The translations under genes were made by a program, and so were the position numbers. A stretch of 47,193 nucleotides of DNA from Octopus sinensis (taxonomy: Eukaryota), in contig NW_021835376.1 of assembly GCF_006345805.1 (NCBI RefSeq), positions 1 to 47,193 of the forward strand. Reading direction: 5' to 3'. Shown here in pieces: positions 37,885 through 47,193 of the stretch (position 1 is the first letter of the stretch; every line of letters begins with the position of its first letter). Under the pieces are notes generated by a model, which was given only the letters and a program-made list of their open reading frames with translations, searched no databases and was not told the DNA's origin.

Positions 37885-38200
37885 ATTGGATTCCACTGCG
37901 TATTATCTTGGAGAGCTGCCTCCTTCTACAGCCGTGGAGCGACCAAATCCATACAAGAGGAGTTGATGGATAAAAACTAAAAGAAAGCCGTCTTTATACG
38001 TATATGTATGTGAGTCAGTGTGTGTACGTGCGGGTGTGTCTATGTGCATGCACGTTACGCCCCCTTAAATTGGCTGCTCGAAAAAAAAGCAGCCTCACTT
38101 ATGAAGTACCAGACTTACTAATATAAGTAGTGAGGATACTTTGTTCGTGTAATCCATCGAAGGAGGTAGCCCAGCAGGGTTGCTGTCTAATGTCGAAATA
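37885..38200 (+). mobile_element. Old degenerate SINE (family C) with internal TG/TA microsatellite and LINE-like tail
   Basis: GATTCCACTGCGT..TCTTGG...CTTCTAC.GCC..G.GCGACCAAA is mirrored by the copy at 46050-46201. The 3' end GGAGGTAGCCCAGCAGGG resembles the LINE tail GGCGGTGCCCCAGCATGG. Confidence 0.6.
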
Positions 38201-38499
38201 TTCAAAACGTAGAATATAAGAACACAAGTAAAGATGAATCTAGATTAAAGCAGTATTTAATCCAGTAAGTCTGCACCAAAGACTTTATTGTTCGTTCCCC
38301 ACTGCCCAAGAACATAGGTTAATATTTCACTGTACGTTGCTTTTATAATGTATCGAACTGGTACAATTGTTAGTAAAGGGTAAAGACAATTTTCGGTCAT
38401 GAATGACCATGGAAGTGCACATAGAATGTTCTCCTCCGACGCACAAGTCCGGGCAATGTTGTTTGTGGAATACCAGCAGTCTCCCATGCAATCCAGACT

Positions 38500-38700
38500 C
38501 GCCCCTTCATTCCACTGACGTTATCAAAGGGAAAGGTGAAGGCTGATACAGCTTGGCAACTGTGACGTCGCAACTCCTGTTTGTAACGGAATGAAATAAA
38601 GTGTCTTGCTCAAGAACAAAACACACTGTCTGGTCTGAGAATTGAGCTCATTAGCTCATGATTGTAAACCTGACGCTCTAATTACGAACCCAAGCACCTG
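38500..38700 (-). mobile_element. Old tRNA-derived SINE with CORE/V-like TTGAGCAAGACACTT motif
   Basis: Plus strand AAGTGTCTTGCTCAAGAACAAAACAC...CTGAGAATTGAGCTC...ACGCTCTAA is a reversed tRNA head plus conserved core. Confidence 0.65.
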
Positions 38701-38860
38701 TAGGCGCATTTCATCGATCTTTATGCTCGGATTTCAAATATCTTTAACTGTTTTTAGTTCGGTGTCCATAAAATAAGTTTCAATTGAGCACGGGATCGAT
38801 GTAATCGATCTACCCACTCCCTCAAAATTGCAGTTCTGGTGCCAACATTTAAACCTAATA
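38701..38860 (+). mobile_element. Degenerate SINE related to family B
   Basis: CACGGGATCGATGTAATCGA matches family B CACTGGGGTCGATGTAATCGA; the tail is different. Confidence 0.5.
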
Positions 38861-39682
38861 ATAGACGTTTAGAATTTCAGTCATAGGCTTCAGATATATC
38901 AGCAATGCTACCGATAAATAAAGTACCCGTTAAATTCTCAACTAAAATTTAACATTCTTATAAAATAACTTACAGATAATTGAAATAATAATACATGAGA
39001 TATGATATGAATGAAATAATCATGTAAAGTTTTATATGATTGCGTTGAATAAATCCACTTTCATCTTTTAACTTCTCGTTTTATTCCAGTTATACTTAAA
39101 GGGATCCACTACATGGACAATCTCCTTAAATTAACACAGAAGTGAAAGATCTAAGAATGAGACTTAAGATTATTATCGTCAAATTTGCAATAATGTATCT
39201 TCAAGCATGTAACCCAGTAACACATCTGTTACAATTTGTTATGATTATGACTGAAATTAATACCTACCAAAATTTCACTTTTATTACTAACTATATCAAA
39301 AGGACTTGAAAAGGGAAATTTCTTTCAACTATCGCTGGTGCTGATCCTAAATATTAATGAGACAATAGTAATTGCCATATTGTATTGAATACGCTTGACG
39401 TAAAGATGCATTTGCTAGTATGAGATATCCCTGTCTTGATTGAAATTCAAACCCTTTATCGTTATGCTAGTGAATTCGTGCCTTTTCTATACACACATAC
39501 ACACGTGTGTATGTGTGTGTGTGTGTGTGTTTGAATGTGTGTGACTGTAACAGTTATTTACATTTATAAACCTATAAACCTTATAAACACATGAATGCAG
39601 ACAAATTTGAATTCACACACATACAGATAGATATATGTTACGTATATAATATATAGACAGACACACGCATATACAAAGACAA

Positions 39683-39687
<5 letters not shown>

Positions 39688-39721
<34 letters not shown>

Positions 39722-39730
39722 TATATATAT

Positions 39731-39761
<31 letters not shown>

Positions 39762-39821
39762 ATAATATATATATATAATATATAATATATATATATATAT
39801 ATTTATATTATATATATATAT

Positions 39822-39888
<67 letters not shown>

Positions 39889-39926
39889 GATAGTCAGAGA
39901 GATAGATAGACAGACAGACAGACAGA
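39688..39926. repeat. (TA)n-(TAGA)n-(CAGA)n microsatellite
   Basis: Read directly. Confidence 0.95.
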
Positions 39927-41030
39927 GTCATACATATATACATGACATACATACATAAACTCACATATATAAAGGTTTACATACATATAAAGGTATTTAG
40001 AAATATAAGCAGACCATTTAACCACTCGTCATGTCAGCTTCCGCATCAGAGATTTACTTCTATGCGTCGAGAAAGGTACACATATCTATGATTTTACGCG
40101 TATGATTTCGATGCATATGGATTTGGACTACTTTCCGCACCCGTTTCCAAATATTTTTGCTCTACGTGCTCATGCATTGACTGATAAAATGCGTAGATGC
40201 ACGAGGGAATTCTCTGTTAAATCTAAAATTTATAAGGTCGGCACTTTTCGTCGCGGGCTAAATACCTTAAATATCAAAAGAGAATTAAATATTACTTGGT
40301 CACACCCAGAATCGAGTAACGAGATCTATCCGTACATTCACAGAGCTTATATCGGTTTTTCTGATTTCATTTAACTCCGTTTACAGTTCATCCTCGGAAA
40401 TCCATCTTGCCATCTATTTACCAAATTGCTGTTAGGTATGGCATTAAGATATCCTTATATCAGGTATACCGGTGTGTCAGTTCAAAAGTGATGAATCGAC
40501 ATTTCAATATAAATTATCCGTCTTACTGTTACAGCCATATATCTTTCTCCATCATAACAAAACATTTATCTCCCACCACCTTAGTACTTCACTACTCACG
40601 TATCGACTACCATTTGCCATTGTTAACGGTAAACAGACAACACATATATTGCCTGTTTAATTGTTATGTGTTGTAGCTAATTTTGCTTAGTTTATTAATC
40701 AATTATCTATAATTATCCATTTACATAATTATTTAAATAGGCAACTAACTAGTCATCCATCAACTATATAAGTAGTCAATATATTATATGATCAATGATT
40801 TATTTACTCATCCATTTCGATAGTTAATTATTTCTTAAATCATACGTTTAATCATTTACGTAATTAATTCTCATATGTTACAATATTTTTTTCTTTAAAA
40901 ACACTCATCCATGTAATCCTCTTTACAGTATACTTCGAACTGTGTTTTCTTTCAGTAAATGTAGATAATTCTTCCGAACTACCTGAAAGCTATGATTTAT
41001 AATTCTTTCAGTAAAAATTCCTTACCAACA

Positions 41031-41272
41031 TAACATGGCAGGCCTGGCTTAGGACTAATGTTGCTGTAATTTAGCCCCAGGAGTAATTTACCTCTAGCTC
41101 GCTATACGACATGATCTGCGTCCTTATATTTTGGAACAAGGGAATCTAGCACTCCAACTCAGCTTAAAACAATATCTGTGTATCGCAATTTCTGGGTTAT
41201 TTCTCTTCATCGTATAGCCAGCTAGGGGTTAAATTACAGCAACATTAGTCCCAGACCGGGACTGCCACGTTA
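41031..41272. mobile_element. MITE with long TIRs and TA ends (Tc1/mariner-type)
   Basis: TA-ACATGGCAGGCCTGGCTTAGGACTAATGTTGCTGTAATTTAGCCCC...TAGCTCGCTATACGA versus the reverse complement of TCGTATAGCCAGCTAGGGGTTAAATTACAGCAACATTAGTCCCAGACCGGGACTGCCACGT-TA. Confidence 0.85.
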
Positions 41273-41456
41273 TAATGGCAAACAATCTTTAATATGAACT
41301 ACTGTTGCTTAATATCTCACGTTCTGAGATTTAAAAATAATAATTTGAAAAATTATAATTCTTGTTTATCTGTATTTTCTCTTTCGAGATTATATTAAAT
41401 ATATAGATTTTATTGTAGCCATTTAAATCGTAACACACACATATGTGTACACATGT

Positions 41457-41560
41457 TATATATATATATACATATATACATATCTATCTATATATATATA
41501 TATATACAGATAAATATATATATTCATACATATAGGTATAAATATATATATATACATAGA

Positions 41561-41638
<78 letters not shown>

Positions 41639-41806
41639 CATTCATATATAAATATGTTTATATTTAGACATATATATTTATATACATATAAGATATTTTA
41701 TACATTATACACATATATATATATACAAGAAATATATAATTATATATATATATATAAACAAGTCAATTGCGATAAAATAAAATTAATTATCGCTGATATA
41801 TACAAA

Positions 41807-41849
<43 letters not shown>

Positions 41850-41861
41850 CCATAAATATTA

Positions 41862-41894
<33 letters not shown>

Positions 41895-41937
41895 GTGTGT
41901 CCATAAATATTATATATATATATATATATATAATATT
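41457..41937. repeat. Degenerate (TA)n region with a small tandem duplication (TGTCCATAAATATT x2)
   Basis: Read directly. Confidence 0.9.
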
Positions 41938-42342
41938 ATGGACACACACATATATCTCTTTTACTCTTTACTTGTTTCAGTCATATATAAATCTGCAACT
42001 TGTAACGCGTTTTCTATCCCTTGGTTTTAATCCGTATTGGGTGCTGCCAATATGTATTACCTGTATCTATTATCAACACCAACGTAATCATGGTCCACAC
42101 AAAATCCAGTACAAGCACCACCACACACCTTCATCAACCTAGCACCTTCATTCATGACCAATAACCACGGGAAGCCTTAAATGAAAGATTATGCACATCT
42201 ATCTAGAGTTAAAGACAATCTCATGAGATCATGTAGTAACACACGGTATTTAAAAAATTGAATACATTTTTTGTCTTAGGTCAATGAGAATGTCATTAGA
42301 TTAAAGAGATAAAAGAAAAAAATATGACCATCTCCATCAATA

Positions 42343-43290
42343 ATGTCAATACCTTCAAAATCAGCACCAGCACCAACTGTCGCCACCCCTGTTAGATTTA
42401 CCTTCAAGGCGACTTCAAAGAATTTATCAAGAAGAACTGAAGGCAAATGTGAGACAGAAGAACGTAAAATTATTGCACTTGTCATTAAAATGTTTTTAAA
42501 AGGTTTGATGCAGGAGAAATATCAGCTAGATTGCCAAAACAGCAAGCTTTCAGAAAAAATACCTGACAACTGAGATAAAATTAAGTGAAGAGATCAACAA
42601 TTCTTTCAGTTAAATACTCAGACATTATAATTTCGTGAACCTGAACGGATGCTTAAGATTGATCGACACGTACGAGAATGGATTGAAATCAGTCTTGACG
42701 CGACATTATGTGCAAAGAAGCACAAGGATAATTAAACCAAGAAGCACGAGAGTAATAAAGCCAAATGTGGGTTGAACGTCTAATATATAATTATATCTAG
42801 CTAGTAACGTATCGGAAATGTTTAAAATACCCTTGAATCTGCACAAGATGAATAGTTGAAAGAAACAATTGCTAAAGGGCGCTACACTCTAGACAAAGTA
42901 TGCGCTGTTGATAAAACGACATTATCCTGAAGTGCAAGCCCGCTGGATCTATAATAAGTGAAGAAGAAAAGTAATTGCCGGGATCCAAAATTGCCCAAGT
43001 ATAATCAGATGCTTCATCTAAGCTGGTGATATGTAAAGGAAGCCCCATACACTTGAATCCCTTTGAAAATTCAAAGGAATCTAAGCATTATTCAATGACT
43101 AACTAAACTCTGATTTAGAATCAGTTTAGTTTACGTATAAATTGGTGTTCAAATAAGAATGCACGGATGACTATAAACCTTTACCAAGTGTTATTTATAC
43201 ATATTTTGTGGTTCGTGCTTGAAAGAATCAGTTATGGAAAAATTCTCAACAAATCGATGACCATTTTAGATAATGCGCTAAGCCACGCAG
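42343..43290 (+). pseudogene. Decayed Tigger/pogo (CENP-B-like) transposase
   Basis: ERKIIALVIK..KRFDAGE (CENP-B N-terminal HTH-like); ETIAKGRYTLDKVCAVDKTTLS* (42862; cf. GY.P.QVFN.DETGLFW); SEEEK*LPGSK (cf. EEK..PGFK); AGDM*RKP; ILDNALSH (43263; cf. LLDNAPGH). Confidence 0.8.
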
Positions 43291-43506
43291 TGAAGTTAAC
43301 CGAGCGGGTCTCCGATAATGAGTGAGTCGAATATACCATAAAGAATACTTTTTTGCTCCAGCCAATAGATCACACCAACTTTAAGGATTGCAGAATAATA
43401 TCCCCGGATGTTTACGTGTTCCCATCCATGGCTCACTTTTTGCGCACACATCGCTTTACTAACAAAGAGGAGTGCGTGGTCATCTATACATCTGACATCA
43501 TATATA

Positions 43507-43547
<41 letters not shown>

Positions 43548-43554
43548 CGCGTGC

Positions 43555-43606
<52 letters not shown>

Positions 43607-43714
43607 GTGTATGCAGTTAAGTCTATGCCCGGTCACAGAGTGACCAATGGTTTCGCATCCATATAAGCATTAATCTTGAGGATGACTCGTGAGATTTTGC
43701 TAGAACGCCATATT

Positions 43715-43916
43715 TATTTCTTTATTGCCCACAAGGGGCTAAACATAGGGATTAAGTCAATTACCTAGACCCAGTGCGTAACTGGTACTTATTTAATCGA
43801 CCCCGAAAGGATGAAAGACAAAGTCGACCTCAGCGGAATTTGAACTCAGAACGTAACGGCAGACGAAATACGGCTAAATATTTCGCCCGGCATCCTAACC
43901 AATCTGCCAGCTCGCC
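43715..43916 (-). mobile_element. tRNA-derived SINE, family B, with ~25-bp internal deletion
   Basis: Co-linear with 2993-3225 but lacking GACAAACAAGGACAGACAAGC. TSD CGCCATATT at 43706-43714 and 43913-43921. Confidence 0.9.
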
Positions 43917-44692
43917 ATATTATAGACTGACGGGCCGTCTGTGTAACTAAGCTAATTGTGGATGCGAAACCATTGAGGGTCTATGACCAGACATATATGT
44001 ATCTGCATATAAATGCCTTACTGCTCGGTACTTCAGAGAGTGGTTTGTTTTCGGATTTATGATACATTGACGATATATCTATACATTCCTACGAAGAAGC
44101 AAAAATACATATATTAAGTATGCTTCTCTTTGATTTTTCCATTCCGTATTTTAGACATATTTTTTCCCTCTTACTCTGCGTCTCTCTCTATCGTTTTCTT
44201 TTCTGTAAGTGACTGTCCGTCGCATTTTATAAAACTTTCTTCTGTCGAATAGGAGACATGACAACAAGAATCTATATTTTAAAATCCGCTAAATTCGGTG
44301 GAAACGACAAACGGTTATGTGAAATAACATTCATGTGCTATAATGTTCACATTCCTTACTTGCAAGAAATTTTAATGACTGCGGCTTTCGCGTAAGCCTA
44401 TTTCATTAATTAGTGTATTGATTAATTCAGTAACTCAAATACCACTTCGTTTTCTGCTATAGATTCATGACATAACGGTTCTGATATTGTATGTATTTAT
44501 ATTTATAGAAGTTAGTTAGAACTATCATGAAGATAAGATCAGTTGGTAATGATGAATACTTTCGATCAGCACCAGGAGTGATGCAAAAACACACACTCAC
44601 ACACAAATGTATATACAACAGATACACATACACACACACTCATATATATATATATATAAATACAAATATATGTGTGTGTGTGTTTGTATATG

Positions 44693-44741
<49 letters not shown>

Positions 44742-45564
44742 GGCATACACACATGCAGAAACACACATTTACACATTTACTCAGAGAAGTGTTGTATAAG
44801 TTTGATGTGTCAATGGTTGAAGTGCGTATGAAGCAATGATAGATAGTAGGAGATTGTCAAAGAAATTAGAAATATCAGTGGATAAGCTATAAACAAGAAT
44901 AAAGAGATAAGAAGCATGACTGCCGGCTTCAACAAGAATATTGTCCATATTATTCTGGTCAATTTACCGCCAGTCATAATCGCAAGATTGCGTTGTAGAT
45001 CACTACTTTAGATTGTAGGAATTATCAGCTCACTATTCTCTGATTATATTCTCTGATGTGAGCACTAAAAGATTCTTGGCTATAAAAGAGTCTCTAATTC
45101 CGGTTTAATCTGAAGCACTTTTATACAGACACTCAAACTCACACTTACTCGCGTAGGCTCCGATGAAGATGAAAATGAAAATGTACCTATATTTATTTGT
45201 GTGTGTATGTGTGTGTGTGCGTGTGTTTGTAGACGTGCGGGCATAATTGTGTAATCAAGCAGTAAAAGCATCGCATGAAAATATTGGAAATATTACATAA
45301 TAAACATGCTAGTGCAATAGAGATAGATGCATGTAAACGGATTTGGCATGTATGTATATCAGGTATACAAATATTCACGCATAAAGCCGTCGTATACGCA
45401 GTTTAGAACTCAAGGATTTTAAACACCCTACGACACACACACACAAACACACACACAAACACTCACACACACAAACACTCACACAGCTGAAGGATAAAAT
45501 GTACTTCTCCTGAATTATTTGATACGTACTGAAATATATGTATATATATATATATATAATAAAT

Positions 45565-45960
45565 ATAAGAGAGTGGTCACTATATGGCTCACTCTAGCAC
45601 CAGTTAATCCAAAAGTTTCAACCACAAAAATACATGTTTCCCATGAAGTCAGTACGATTTTAGCTCACACGGACAGGGCAAATAAAAAATAACAAAAATA
45701 CAGATTATTTTGGGACAATTGTTCGCTATTAATGAATTAAATGTAATTTTACTTACAAAAAATCCACTTGTAGCTCGTCAGCCAAACTATCTGGATGAAA
45801 TCCACTCAATCACACGCCAGATTTTACCATAACGATCAATACGCGTGTGGTTCAATTGATTACATCCGACGTTATAATTCAAATGCCCAACTAACAGCGC
45901 GCCAACTTTCACGGAAAACAATACTGCATTTAGAAATAAATGTAGCATAATTATAATTAA
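45565..45960 (-). mobile_element. ~400-bp hammerhead-bearing cassette inserted in (TA)n (Penelope pLTR-like)
   Basis: Unique block between TA tracts containing the hammerhead-like motif. Confidence 0.5.
45709..45786 (-). ncRNA. Type I hammerhead ribozyme-like motif with long loop II (one core A missing)
   Basis: Minus strand UUUGG-CUGACGA-GCUA-(~42 nt)-UAGC-GA-ACAAUUGU-C-CCAAA: stem I UUUGG/CCAAA, stem II GCUA/UAGC, palindromic stem III ACAAUUGU, GUC cleavage triplet. GAAA is reduced to GAA. Confidence 0.65.
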
Positions 45961-46011
45961 TTAATAATATATATATATATATATGATATATATATATATA
46001 TATAATATATA

Positions 46012-46049
<38 letters not shown>

Positions 46050-46050
<1 letters not shown>

Positions 46051-46201
46051 TGGGGACGATCTTTTCAGATTTCACTCTACAAAATCCACTAAGAAGTCTT
46101 TGGTCACGACGATGTTGTAGTTGTCTTGAAGATGCCACGCAGTGGAACTGAACACAGAGCAATGTGGCTGGAAGCTAGACTCCTATTATACAACCATGCC
46201 T
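46050..46201 (-). mobile_element. Old degenerate SINE (family C), 5' part
   Basis: CTTTGGTC.CG...GATGCCACGCAGTGGAACTGAAC...ATGTGG is the reverse of the head at 37885. Confidence 0.6.
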
Positions 46202-46659
46202 ACACGTATGAAGCTAGGTCTAGGCATATTGTTCTGCTGTATTTCGAATTAATTTCTAATGTGATTTATTAAGACTATTGATAATTAACGTAGAATGTTT
46301 GCTAAGATGAGAAAACTACAATCTGTTGTTACATCCCCAAAGTTTAATCTCTTAGGCTGAAAGAGATTTGTCTCTCTTTGAAGAAATATCAGGCTTCAGC
46401 AACTTTATTCAAAGAATAATACTTTTCACATCCTAAAATTTATAATTATTCACAATGATCGTAGGCTCTTATTTAAGAGAACTAGCCAGACAAATTTTCA
46501 TAAATAGTACATGCACACGCGGATTTGAAAAATGAAGCATAGTATCTACGCAACGCTGTAAGTTCTGATTTTCTAAATAGTTTCTGCGAGTCACATAAAA
46601 AATACTCTTATGACTTTTGAAATAATATGTTCTGGGGAACGTGGGTGTTTATGGACAAT

Positions 46660-46690
46660 GTATACATATATCATATACATAAATATACAT

Positions 46691-46733
<43 letters not shown>

Positions 46734-47193
46734 TATATATAATTATATAAATATATATATAGATATATATATACATACACACAATATATATGAGTCATGT
46801 ATGTGTCTGTGAAAAAATAATTTTTATAATCTACACACCAGTCTGTACAGATTTACAAAAATATAAGTGCCTATGGACAAATAACACACATTCACACACA
46901 TGTATATATGTCTATCTATATCCATCTATATAATAGATATATTATATTTTATATATATATATAATATATTTATATATATATAATATATGTATATTTATAT
47001 AATCTATATCTATATATGTATATTTATATATTATATATATATGTATATTTATATATAATATATTTATATATATATATATATATATGTAATATTTATATAT
47101 ATATTATATATATATAGATTTATTATAGATATATATATAATGTATATTTATATATATATATATATATATGTATATTTATATATATATATATAT
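46660..47193. repeat. Degenerate (TA)n tracts running off the window end
   Basis: Read directly. Confidence 0.95.

Overview
AT-rich, non-coding eukaryotic DNA with very high microsatellite density. The SINE families resemble those described from Octopus, so this is probably an octopod cephalopod intron or intergenic region (recognition from memory, not a database result). No intact host protein-coding gene is evident, and nearly all ORFs in the supplied track are artefacts of (TA)n/(CA)n/(CAT)n repeats or SINEs. The window contains: several tRNA-derived SINE families, many with target-site duplications; a young 5'-truncated CR1-clade LINE plus a near-identical tail-only copy, both inside (TA)n; dead mariner and Tigger/pogo transposases; and five MITEs, four of them long foldbacks, two of which belong to a family carrying TTAGGG repeats. 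The most interesting signal is three different hammerhead-ribozyme motifs of the minimal Penelope/retrozyme type, two of them in short cassettes between (TA)n tracts. The third lies inside a 343-nt terminally redundant unit that resembles a circular-RNA retrozyme monomer. There is also one good candidate host exon (4291-4391) and a compact CCAAT/CRE/TATA/Inr promoter-like module (34253-34430).
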